Below, piece by piece: positions 45,780-58,529 of a DNA stretch of 64,000 nucleotides. The notes under the pieces were generated by a model. That model searched no databases and was not told the origin of the DNA. It saw only the letters and a list, made by a program, of their open reading frames with translations. How positions within the stretch are numbered: position 1 is the stretch's first letter; each line of letters opens with the position of its first letter. A program made the position numbers and the translations under genes. The DNA lies in contig OZ199838.1 in the NCBI GenBank assembly GCA_964304625.1, forward strand, positions 6,869,731 to 6,933,730. The letters run 5' to 3'. The DNA comes from Kudoa neothunni (Eukaryota > Animalia > Cnidaria).

Positions 45780-48017
45780 AACTTTAGCCGAATTAGGAAC
45801 CATATCTAATTAAATGTTGCCATATGGCAACATTCGGAGACACCTCAACCCCAAACAATAACGCCCATGCGCGCTCGATAGGGAAGACCTCTTTGCACTC
45901 AAAATTCCACACATTTGACACATTTAGTAACAAAATACTTCTAATTTTGTTTGTGGAAATTTAAATAACAATTTCTGTTGATATTTAAGCACAGATGAAC
46001 TTTACATTTCATGCACATAGTTCTAGAGTGCATTCCTCACAACTTACATCTAGCTTTCGTTGATGTACATGTAGGAAAGTGGGAAATTTCGTCAAAACGC
46101 ACAATAGCATTTACTTTTGATTCTGGTAGATTATAAATTCTACTAGACATGAGGATCGAGATAGTAGTGATACCTGATGTGGATGGCCTCCCTCTTTTAC
46201 TCGCAACACTTACCACTTGATTCTCATGCATCAATCGTTCGCTTGCCGAAACACTGAAATCTAACAAACACAAGCTTTTCTTGGCTGGGATTTCATGTAA
46301 AGAATATTGACGTTTATACAAGAGTCATCCGTTAAGGATGCATAGGTGTATAGCCCACAAGAAGATTCTCTTGTACCACTTTTTGGACTTGTGGTCAAGT
46401 CTATACAGAGCCATTAGCATGTCGAAAAAGTCTACACCGCCCATATTTTGGTTATACATTTTAATTATGTTGGGGCAGTCAATTTTTTTTACCTTTTTTT
46501 GTCTTTCGATCACATCTATCAATAGAGCTCAAGGGGAAAATAGAGTGAGCCGTTGATGTCATTGTTACAGCTGGCCCATCTAACCAACGTACAATGCTTG
46601 TTTTATAACAACCGTCAAGATGTAAAGCATATTCATAACTTCCTCTTTTTAGCTTCTTGAACCCCTTATCGTCACTAATGGGACAATTTCGAAGACGATT
46701 CAATCTTATTGTACCGGTTGAGTGATGGCCCATCTTTAGCAGAATTGAGTGTAATGATAACGTGGAAAAATAATTATCATAATAAAATTGATGCATGCTT
46801 CCGTTCTTTATGGATCCTGCTAATTTTAATACGATGTCAAAGGAGCGAAAACCAGAACTTTCACCATCGTATTTAAAATCCCCATCTTAAAAAAAAGTCG
46901 TGCACTATACCACCAGAGCCATTTCTAGTGAAAACCTTGGAGCCCCATTTTGTAGGTTTTGAAGGCAAGTATCTCTTGAGGCCAGACTTCCTTTTAAATG
47001 GAATCATCTGCTCATCCACACACTGGTTGTATTCAGGTTCAATTTTTAGGCATTCTTCCCCTATCATATTTAACAGGGGTCTCACTTTAAAGAAACGGTC
47101 GTAATCTTTACTGGTTCTAGAAGTCGCTGGTTTATTATTATCGCAAAAATGTATATATCTTTGGATGGACTCAAATCGATCTCTGGACATTTTTTCTGAT
47201 ATTGAACTACAATTGAGTTTACTACACCAATAGTTTCTTATTCGTGGTAATTTGATTAGTGATATACGTATAAGCATCCCAACATATAATTTTATTTCGT
47301 TTGTTGCGGTTCTAAAATTTGAATTGTTTTCTATGGCATGATTATTAGTTTCTTTGTATATGAACTCGAACAATTGATCTGTAAAGAATCTGTTGAAATA
47401 TAAATAACGATCCAAAATTGGTTCCATCTTAAATTCCATGCTTGATAATAAACTTTCTTCGATTATAATATGTGATGCGTTTTTTAAGTAATTAGGCTGA
47501 TCACTATTGTATTCTTTATCAGAGCTGGCATCTGAAAGCGAATCACATTGTAGGTTGTTGCTTTCATCATCAGATATATTCTCGGCGTCAGATTTATCAG
47601 CATCTGGGAGAAATATTAATTCTTCAACAATTTTACCATCAACATTTATCTTTTTCACTAAATCTACACCCACCGCAATGTTTATCCTGAAAACAGCGCA
47701 CGCGCCGAATGTTGCCATATGACAACAAGAATTCTTTAATACTATATGATCTATACAAATTATTATAGAAAAAATGTACCATTTTATAATATGTATTTTT
47801 TAAATGCAGTTAAAATAATGATTAGGGTGTATATTTAGTTCCATAAAATGACCTATTTTTACTAAGAAATTTTAATAATTATCTAATTTAGCGTTTGATA
47901 AAAGAATAAAGACTAATTTAACTTTTTTGGGATGCTTCAGCTGTTAAATATAATATTCACTGAGAAATTATAAAAACAACCCGATGTTGCCATATGGCAA
48001 CATTCCGCTTGAAAGGG
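45780..48017 (-). mobile_element. piggyBac (PGBD2/3-like), near full length but frameshifted
   Basis: MSRDRF..HFCDN, VDEQMIPFK..KPTKWG, YDNYFS, YNQNMGGVD. Palindrome ATGTTGCCATATGGCAACAT at about 45814 and 47984, partial at 47709. 5' end CCCTTTC at 48017. Confidence 0.9.
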
Positions 48018-48394
48018 CTACAAAAATTAAACTAAGCATAACATTCTGATGTTTATTTTTCTCTCAATACATCCCAGACATTTTTACAATAATTTATATT
48101 TTTGGCACTATAAAAGCTCTCAACCTAGTAAAAACGATTAAATTAGATGATGTGATAACAAATATCACTCCTTCAATTGACTTATCGTCCATCGTTGTAA
48201 GTATCAATCGGTAACAATAATATTAATCCAAGAAAATATCTCTCTTTAAAATAAAACCAGGAGAAATAAAAATTCCTGGAAATCAGGAACTAACAGAAAT
48301 ATAATAAAACAATTTCCAACTATACGAATTATAGCGCTCGCCTCAAACATTAAATAGCTAATTTTCAATATCGCAGAGAAAAACAAGGATAAAT

Positions 48395-51300
48395 TTAAAA
48401 AACAAATTTGTTGTCAAGATTTTTTCTATTTGTGGGAACACTTTTAGCAAAAGCATTTTTTGGTTTGCTCATCCATGCAACAGTTTCATTGTCTGGCTTT
48501 TGAAATTTTGTTTTTTTTTTCGCTTTCAAATAACCTCCTCCTTTTTGATAAGTACTAGATTTTCTCTTTCTAAATCATCACAATGTGACCACATAAATTA
48601 ACCAAAAAAGGTAAAATCGAAATACGTTGAATTGTTTTTATATATTTGGATTGAATTCCAATATCTAGATTTGGAGTGTTTAGGCACAAATGCATCATCA
48701 TCGTCGTCGTCGATAATAATTGAACGTTCTTCAAGCTGTTGCCATTTGGAGTTGATATTAGAAGCTTCGGCTGAGGAAATTCTTCTCAGCTCTTCCAATT
48801 TTACTTTTGTAATAGAAAAGATGGTTTCACCAAAAGCTTTCACACGAGGTTCTGTGATTCCATCAATTTTGTACAGTTCAGGTTCGGTGGTTGGTAGTAA
48901 TCGGCTGATAGTATGAATGGTTTCAGGTGGAAAAAACATTGAGGGATTATTAATCTTGAGACGTTCACTAAGTTCATTTCTGGCTTCCAGCAGCAAACTT
49001 TCTGTGCTATTATACACCATTTCAATAGCTTCATTGATATTTTCAAACGATGTGGAGTAGCTATCATCATCAATAGGATGGTTGGATGTTGTTGGATAGT
49101 GGTTGACTTTAGTGGACGGTTTGGAATTTTTCTTAGATGGATTCTTAATACCAAAAGATAACGGTGCAGTATCATCATGTTGGATCGAAAACATAAAACT
49201 GAAATTTCGTTCAAGAATATCTCTACATTTCGATCCTAATTTCACATAGCAATTGACCGAACCGTAATTGGAGGGAAAGGGTTGTTCGGAGAGAATATTT
49301 CGATAGATCAATGAGCGAAAAAGACGTTCAGCGTCATTTTTCTTCAGATGCGATCCTCTACCGTACATTTGACAATTGTTGTGACCCTTTTCGACTATCT
49401 TCCCACTGTGACTACCTCTAAATATTTCCACCACATGGTTAACAGTGAAATGGTAGCGTTCATCTTTAGATATGTATCCACCCCATTGTCCGTTGTGCAC
49501 CAATAGACGAAGTGTTTCCACAATTGATTTAACCAAATCGGTTGCATCAATACTTTTGTAGGTTTCCTTCGAAAGGCAATTGTCACAAGTAGTCTCATGG
49601 CGACGTTTACACAACTTTGGGTCGAAATCTTTCTCACCGAAATAGGCCAACAACTGGCCACGACGACAATCAATTCTATTCTCGCAATACTGAACCACTT
49701 CATAGAGATTGGAAATGTGTTGTTCTACTGCCACTGTCGAGGTTTTGTCCTTTTCAATAATTCCACGAATACGTGCAACATCACCATACGAATAGTAAAG
49801 TATGCATTGGGAAATGTGTCCATCTCTACCAGCCCGACCACTCTCTTGAAAGTAACCTTCCATTGATTTGGGTAATGAGTTGTGAAACACAAATCGTACA
49901 TCAGGTTTATCGATACCCATTCCAAAAGCAATAGTAGCACACATAACTCGATATCTGTCTTTCAACCAACTTTCATGACGGTGGGTGCGATCTTCATCAG
50001 ACAAACCAGCGTGATAAGCCATTGCTCGTACACCATTTTCGCACAATTTTTGAGCAACTGTTTCGGTTTCGTTTCTTGAAAAACAATAAATAATTCCAGA
50101 CTTTCGTTTAAAATCTCTATTGATTCTTGTCACCATATCGGTGATAGTACTTTTCGATTTCGATATCACTAGATACTGTAGATTGTCTCGATTGAAACTT
50201 TGAATAAATATTTCAGGAGAATTCATTTTCAGTTGATTGAGAATATCTTTCTGAACCCGTGGTGTGGCGGTTGCTGTCAACGCCATGAATGGCACCAATG
50301 GATATTTATCACGTAGATATTTCAATTGTTGGTAATCGGGTCGAAAATCATGACCCCATTGACTGATACAATGTGCCTCATCGACAACCACTCTACTGAG
50401 CAGATTACGTTCGTATAGTCTAGTGAATATTCTTCCTAGTTTGTGACTACAACTGATCTTCTCAGGTGTACAGTATAACATTTTTATTGAGGGATTGTGG
50501 CCGAGTAGATTTTGCACGATACGATTTTCTTCATTGCTGTCCTGATTGCCTAACAGATGCCCGGCTTCTATTTGAAGTGACAACAGTTTCTGAACTTGAT
50601 CTTCCACCAACGCTTTCAACGGCGAAACAATTATAGTCACCCCTTTGTCGATCAATGCTGGTAACTGATAACAAAGACTTTTTCCACCCCCCGTCGGCAT
50701 CAAAATAAAACAGTCTTTTCCATTCAGCGATGAAACTATCGACTGCAGTTGATTTTTACGAAATTGATGCAAACCAAATTTCCTATTGAACACCTCTACA
50801 ATTCTCTCATAAAATGGTGAGCTACGAATCTGTTCATTTATCCTTCTTTCTTTATCGATATCATTTTTAAATTTATCGTATTCTGTTTCGCATTTATCGA
50901 ATAGATGTAATTTTTGAGAAGATCGTTCTTTGATACTCAAATCAATGTTTTCAATATCGCACTCCATCAAACAATCATCATCAATGTCGGACCAAATATC
51001 ATTGAATTCAGTGTTATCAACTTTACTCGGGCAGCTATCGACATTTTTATCGTTGGTTTTGTTAGTATTGTCAGGTGAAAGTAATATAATATTGTTATTT
51101 GCATATTTTGTCGAAGGTGTTTTTCCGTAATTTTCATCAATGATACAAACGTCAGGTTCAACGTTAATTATTTTATCTTTATAAAAATTTTCTCCAGATT
51201 CTTTGGGTTGTAACAATTTCTTCCGCTTATCCAATAACCCTCTCAACTTAGTTATGTCACTCTCAGAAAATACTCTGGACAATTCATCAAACGACCCAGT

Positions 51301-51879
51301 ATCCAAAATATCACATATCTGACGCATTATATCAAACAGCGAATCATTTTTGTCAAAATTTGACGGATAATTTCCTTTTTTATAATTATTATTATTTCTG
51401 TAATTATCTCCAATTATAGAATCATAATTTTTATCTCCTTTTCTTTCTGATGATACCTTGGCGGATACCTTATCAAAGGTCGTTGGTTCAGTTTTATTAT
51501 TATATGTTTTATCAAAATTATTAACAGTTGTGTTCGTTCCTTCATTTGGTGCATCGTAATTTCTATTCACTTTATTCGTTGTTAATTCTCTTGGCAAATA
51601 ATTATCGTAGGTTTTAGCTTCTATCTTGTTGTTGTGTGTTCTATTAGAATTATCAACGGCCACATTAATTCTGATGTTATTATTTGGAAGAATTGATTGG
51701 CATGGCTCAATTTCTTTCACAACCAATCTTTTTGATAAGGAATACATGGGTAAAACCTTTATCACGTTATTCAGCAATGTTCTAAAAACCGTCAATTCAT
51801 CTCAATCACATAACAAATACGGTCCATAATCTGCCGCACTCAAATTCTTATCACTGTCTATATCAAAAAATTCGTACAT
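48395..51879 (-). CDS. BLM: Bloom syndrome RecQ helicase, 3 exons
   Basis: [42 protein letters not shown] zinc cysteines, HRDC-like end, BDHCT-like [10 protein letters not shown]. Exon 1 MYEFFD..YGP with intron 51782-51820; last intron about 48570-48625; basic final exon ending TAA at 48395. Confidence 0.9.
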
Positions 51880-53421
51880 TTTGCGAGTTTAATAAAATTC
51901 AATGTTAACCGCCAACGATAATGGAGCCAACATATGCTATTAAGCACGCATGCGTACACGTTATTCAGATAAATTTGAAGTTTCATTTCTGATGTATGTT
52001 GAAAATTACTTGTATAACAAAATAAATTTAAAGTCTAAAAATAATGTAACCATTTTAACATAATGATCGAAGGATTAATGTAAATATACTTCGTATTAAG
52101 GAGAAAACTGTATATTATTATTTTGATTTTTAAATAAATATAAAATTGTGTTTAATTGTGAGATTGCGTTTGGGGTTCCATAATATTTTATTATATACCG
52201 CAGAAGTTTTTAGGATTATTATGAGATGTTACTATCTTTAAAGATATCTCAATACAATATTAGACGACTAAATAAGAATAAACTAGTTTACCTTTTAAGT
52301 ATTAGTCGCAGATTTGAACAATTAAATTAATATATGTGTTTTAAGATTTTAATGAACAAAAATTTATGCGTAACTTTAAAACTACAAGAATAATGAAATT
52401 AATGCATCTAGAAGATATCAAAATTTGATTAAAAAGATTATAAACTGAAAAATATTTTATTGTCTCGTTAAATGAAATTAAATTGTACCAAAAAATTTCA
52501 AATCGTACTAAAGTTTTAAAAATAATACAAACAATACAATTCTAGCAACCGTAAACTAATCGAAACAAAAAACAGTTGATTGGATCTATTTATAAGTCAA
52601 AATGTTAATTCATTATCACTATCCTCCTTATCATATAGGTCTACTTTTTGCATCGTTTTAGCCAATTGGTCAAATAGATTCCATCTCATGCGGCTGGCGT
52701 CTCCTAGTAAACATTCAGTATATAATAGAGCATTTATTGTTTCATATTCAAATATAAATCTGTTTTTAACTTTTTTTTATTCGTTAACGAAAATAATCTG
52801 TCAGCAGATCCAGACGAATGAGGCAAAGCAAGTAAAGACAGTATTAATTTTGAATTTATTGACTGTGAGTAAGAAGAAATTCAAAAAAGTATAGTACATT
52901 CTATTTATGAGTTTAAATAGAAGTGAAAATATTTTATGAATAACTTTCTCAAGAGATATCCATCTTATGCAGCAGAGATATAATATGATCTGATGCTCGA
53001 TGTCGAATAATTATTGTAATCCGTTATATTCATTTCGACATTTTGAGCTATTTGAGGGATATGAACGGATACTTTGCGCCATGTCTTCTAACACTTTATC
53101 TCATTATGTGGCGTACACTTATAATAATTCTATCTCGAAACTCGTTGACCTTAAAACGTACCAACTCTGGCAACCCTGACGACAGCATGTGCGAACACCG
53201 AAGATTATTTTTTGGAACGTGTTAATAATACTGATAAACATAAACTAAGAAAAATTAATTGATAAAGTAATTATTGAAAATTTTTTTCCTCTATCGGCTT
53301 CATGAAATCACTCACGGGTCGCCTAAAGGTCTCAATGAAATATTTATAAAGTCTACGTAATTCGGCTGAACCCATTTGAACAAAATAGTCAGGATGAACT
53401 ATAAAGCTTAGTTGTCCGTAT

Positions 53422-56400
53422 CAGACAATGCCCATTCGTTCGAGTTCGTGTCCGCTTTTAGTTGCATTGTGTCAAACTGCAGTGTGGAAAGTGTTGAAGA
53501 TGCTTTGAAAGCTGGTAGACTTTTCTCTTGGAAAAAATCTACAACGCGTTCTAAAGACGGGGATGAAACATCCCACATTGATTTTATTATTTGCACAAAG
53601 TACAAAAAAGCATTCCTGCATAAGTGGTCTTACGGGAACAGGAAACTTATTACTCATAATAAGTTACATAACCAAACAAATAAAGATATAAAAATTAGTT
53701 AATTATTTGTTTCACCTCCCTCCATTGTTAATTTAAGCGTGTCAAATCAGGTAATGTTTAACACTAAAATTGCTAATTTTGTAGCTGAAACAATCTCCCC
53801 GTTTTAAATAACAGAAAGTGCATCGTTTACAGAGATGATTAGCTTTAGATTTTATCCAAAAAATGCGTTAAAAAATTAATTAAAACAATCAATCACAACA
53901 GTATGTGCTCAATCGTTGGTATATCAGTGTTATTTGTTAAAAATTTCCAATATGACATGACCTATTTTCGTGTAAAACACATTGCAGAAAATATAAATAA
54001 AATCTGATCTAAGAATTGTTTGTGACTCCACAGCAAACAATCTGTCAGTTCTGAGAGAGTTCAATACAATCAAATATGCTGTTTACCGCCTTCCTTGACA
54101 CTATTATACCTCAAGGTATCTTACGTATTTTAATATGTTGATTACATTTTTTTATCATTAATGAGTTTATAAATAAATTTTACTTTCGCTATAATATCTA
54201 ATCTCGATTTGTTTTTATGTGTACCTTGGGATCTCAATACAAACAACACATCCGGTTTATCCATACTAAGGGTGAATGTTGACAAACTGTGCGGATCTAT
54301 TCATAAAACGACAGATTTACAGTCAAAATTACCAATGAAAATACAATGGGGCTCAGCTACGCGACCATGGAATGGTCTCAGCGATTGATATAGGACGTTA
54401 TTGTCGTATTTCGATAGTTTGGAGGATGTGCTAGAAAATCATCCAGCTAAAAAATACTTTAATCAGTTTGAGTAGGCGAGAGACCATCGTCACATTTTGT
54501 AATTCGTTTAAGTTTCGTTTTTATATTATCGTTAGGTGTTTATGGTATGCATTTGGAAAGTTTATTGGACGAAAAATACACACAATGTATTGATATCAGC
54601 CATAAAATCGCAGCTTTTCTCCACCCAAATTTTAAAAAATTCAATTTTGTGACAAACCACGTTGAGTCGCTTTTGTCTGGCATGGCTGAACATAATTATT
54701 CTTTTAAAAAAATATAATTAATCCCAAAGAGCCCGGAATCTTCGAAAAATCACCCAATATGTTATGAACTAGATAATGACTGAGAAGATTTTTAATCAGA
54801 AATTCAACTGTACAGCCGACTAGCATCCAAATCAATGTCAGAACTGGCGTTTTCATACACTGGAAAAATTTGTATTCAAGTCTAGATATAGACTTGAACT
54901 AAACACATCAAGAAAATTAATAGTCTATACTAATAATATTAATGATAAGACACTTTCGGAGTAAATTTAATTCACTCCTCTTTATTATGCGTTATTTTGC
55001 ATGATCTCAAAAGCGTTTAGACAAATTTGACTATAGCGTAACTTAATATAGCGAGGTTCTGTTTTGTAAAACGATTGAAATATCTTTGAAACAAACACTG
55101 ATATTAAATTTTTATTTTGTAATAAAATATGAAAATATGAAATATGAGGTAACATACCTCAAAAATTCCAGTAAATCAAGGTAAAGTGTGCGGCACCTAA
55201 AAACGCCCTCTTGCGCATGTTTCTCCAATATCTTTTTTTCAACAAACATTGAATTGCTATCTAATTTGTTTTGATAATCACTCATAAGTTTGTTATTCTT
55301 CATATTTTTTTAGCATATAAACAGAAATTTTACAATATCAGATTTATCTATGCATGTTTTTATTGGTTTTAAGTGTGAATAGTTTAATAACAAAAAGACA
55401 ACCATGTGCTATCAAAACGCATTTTTTTAAATTTCTTAAACTGATGAGTTTTTTTTTTTTAAATCAACATTATATTTTAGATAAACATTTAATTTCAATA
55501 GGTAAATAAATAAAGGTTGATTATATGAAGTTATTACTTTATTCGAGGAATTCTTACGTATATGTTTAGTATAACGTTCGATAAATGTAAAAATGTTCTT
55601 ATTAAATTGAAAGAATTGTTATCACTCTATATTTATTAGTTAAAATAAATGATGTGTGTACCGATCAAAATAATAACCTTAGTTAAGATATTAAGTTTAC
55701 ATATAGTAATATTCTCAATTCGTATATTTTGCCTATTTTTTCGTTACTAAATTTTGACATATATAAAAACTTAAAAAACAATAAAAATATAGCTTAATAT
55801 TTTTTTTTCAATATATTACAGATAACGTAAAGTAAAACAGTTTTATATTGTCATTTTAAAAAATTAAGTTTCAGAATTTTAATAATAAAAATTGAATAAA
55901 TTCTTAATTTTCAAAAACAAATTAAATAAAAAAAAAGTAAACTAAAAAAAATTGTACGACATCAATATTTATTTTTTAATATTCAAAAAGTGTTTTCTTT
56001 ATAGTGATATATGAGATGTTTTTGTGAAACACGCAATAAGTTTATTACTTAAGTTAATCCATATAAAATTGTTATATATCAAAAGTAACAAATTTAAATA
56101 GTAATAAAAATAATTATTGAGTTAATAACTAAGAGACAAAGGAAAAAAATTTAACGTCCATTGAAAAAATCTGGAGATTACACGTGTATCCGACCGTGTT
56201 CGGATAAAAAAATCTTAAAATATAGAAGTTATTATTTTGGGCTAAATTTGATATCTCCTTATTCTTTTATTTTATTATGGACAATCGTGAAGAAAAGATA
56301 TGGGAAAAACATGCGCAAGAGGGCGTTTTTAGGTGCCGCTGTGGCATATCCACATATTAACAATAGCGCGTAATCGTGCGCCAGCGTTATGGTCCATAGT

Positions 56401-56595
56401 CAAGTAATAAGGTCTCCCCACTTTTAGGTTTGAGGGTCGTGGGTTAGACCCTCGTCCGCTACACCGCATACTTTACCACCATCCTCGCACACAAAACGCA
56501 CGAATGGTTTCGTTCGTGTTTCGTGTCCAAAATTTTAAGATCAGATAAGTTCGTTGGCTCATGACACGAACGAACATACGAACTGGCATTGTCTG
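53422..56595 (+). mobile_element. hobo/Hermes-type hAT with both TIRs and a decayed transposase
   Basis: TIRs (TAT)CAGACAATGCC / GGCATTGTCTG(ATA); BED-like finger FIICTK..H...H. No 8-bp TSD is recognisable. Confidence 0.85.
55184..56360. repeat. About 1.15-kb inverted-repeat element carried in the hAT 3' region (also at about 18700-19795)
   Basis: GCGGCACCTAAAAACGCCCTCTTGCGCATG at about 55190 and its reverse complement at about 56310-56340. Confidence 0.7.
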
Positions 56596-56956
56596 ATAGA
56601 TATACATACAGAAAAATATTTACTTATCTTAGACTTACAGGTGAAATCGATAAATTATTAGTCATATTAGTCATATTAGTCAGTTTAATTATTTAATTAA
56701 TTTTTCGGCAATAAATTTTTGAATGACGAATCAATAATTTTTACGTGGAAAAATTACATGATGACACATACGACTCCAGAAACACTTAAAATGAATATAG
56801 GGAATTTAGTATAAACAGAATCGCAATATTATATTTTAATAGCCAATATACGGCTGAAATCTCAGAAACTTCCCGAAACTTCTAGAAGTAGGGCGATTCT
56901 CGTACATATACGATCCCTAATGAGTCTGCGGCTTGTGAATTGATTATTCTGACAAT

Positions 56957-57504
56957 ATGGCACAAAAGAGAAATAATGAGTGGCTAAAAAATGAAGAGAA
57001 ACTGCACCACACCGTGATCAAGTACATTATTAAACCACATACAAACATGAGGATGATTTTTGATTTAACTACAGCGAATTGGAACCGAAAATTAAGAGAT
57101 TTAAAATCGATGACAACGTCAATATAACTAATATAGAGGAAACAGAGGCTGATTTATGTGTGGAATACATCAGTAATTATCCAAGGGGCGATGCTGTTGA
57201 ATTTGGCGATAAGGAAGAACAACAAACCTGCGAAAACACAATAATAATACCAAGGGAACTTTTGAAACCGAACGAAATAATCCCTCAGTCAATGATGAAT
57301 TCAATTGTGGCTGAATACCGAAACAAAAACCTTTATGCATTGGTTCCTTATTATGGCGGCAACAATTTCCTAAGCAGCAACAGGATTAACACATACAATG
57401 ACCAAACCGAAATTGTTGAAGCAAAATCTGAGGATGATGACGAAAATTTCAATTATGACTTAGATAATAATATTTTTTGTAATTATAACGAGATAGAGAT
57501 GTAA
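56957..57504 (+). CDS. Small two-exon protein of unknown function
   Basis: MAQKRNNEWLKNEEKLHHTVI|NELEPKIKRFK..., one short GT-AG intron joining ORF 57079-57504; NLS-like PKIKRFK and an acidic tail. Confidence 0.65.
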
Positions 57505-57836
57505 AAAACTGTCTTAAAGCATGTAAATAAGGTGTTGTTGATTTGCGCATGCCTTTTAATGAATCTAGTAATAACGATTTTCAATGATATTTTCTTAAAA
57601 AAAATGTATTTATTATTTTTCACAACTATGGGAACTAACTATCTAATAAAATGGTATTGATAATAATGAAGAAATAGTTATAAAAAAGTAATTATGACCA
57701 TATTCATAGTCGTAGGATGTCGCTTTTAAATTACGCCGCATCAGTGCATTTATTAACGACCGCATTAACTCGGATATTTACGTCATCACTAAGATATATA
57801 CTTTCGGACACGACTCACCCTTCAGTACAATCCGAA

Positions 57837-58301
57837 ATGGCCGCCACTACTAAGGATCAAATTGATGAGAGCAACTCACAAGTTAGCACCAGCCTCCCCG
57901 CCAAAGGTGGAAAGATGGCTGCCGGAAAGATGGGAAAGCTCGCCTCCAAAAGAGGACCTGCCTCCAAGAAAGTCGGCAAAATCCCTGGAAAGCTCGGTGA
58001 GAAGAAGAGACATAAGAAGAGAAAGGAGACCTACTTTATCTACATCTACAAGGTTCTCAAACAGGTTCACCCTGATACTGGTATCTCCAACAAGGCTATG
58101 AATATTTGCCACAACTTCATCACCGATCTTTTCGAAAGAATCGCTTCGGAGGCTTCCAAGCTTGCTGCTTACAACAAGAAGAGCACCATCACCAGCAGGG
58201 AAATCCAAACTGCTGTGAGACTGATTTTGCCAGGTGAGCTTGCTAAGCATGCCGTTTCTGAGGGAACCAAGGCCGTGAACAAATACTCTGGTTCAAAATA
58301 A
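57837..58301 (+). CDS. H2B: Histone H2B, copy 2 (154 aa)
   Basis: Identical to copy 1 except five N-tail residues. Confidence 0.97.
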   Translation: MAATTKDQIDESNSQVSTSLPAKGGKMAAGKMGKLASKRGPASKKVGKIPGKLGEKKRHKKRKETYFIYIYKVLKQVHPDTGISNKAMNICHNFITDLFERIASEASKLAAYNKKSTITSREIQTAVRLILPGELAKHAVSEGTKAVNKYSGSK

Positions 58302-58529
58302 AATAATTTTTGTTCTGTACATTTTTTACGTTTTTTGTGACACCGAATTATAAAATTTGTTTCTTTTGCGCATTGCATTATTCGTTTATGATTTTTTCTT
58401 TTTGTTGACTTCTCATGTGCGTTAATTTCCCTTTTATTTTGCTCTTGGATTGACTTTACTTTAATTGTTTTCGTCACGTGATAGTTTTCTAGGAAGTCGT
58501 TTTGGTCGCGTCGTGTAGATCTTGGCGTT

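Noticed and set aside
45814-48003. Repeated 20-bp palindrome as a CRISPR or operator array
   Set aside because: Only three irregularly spaced copies, at piggyBac subterminal positions.
56957-57504. Assignment to the CCDC117 family
   Set aside because: Only a vague IIPQSMM..ALVPY resemblance; insufficient without a profile search.
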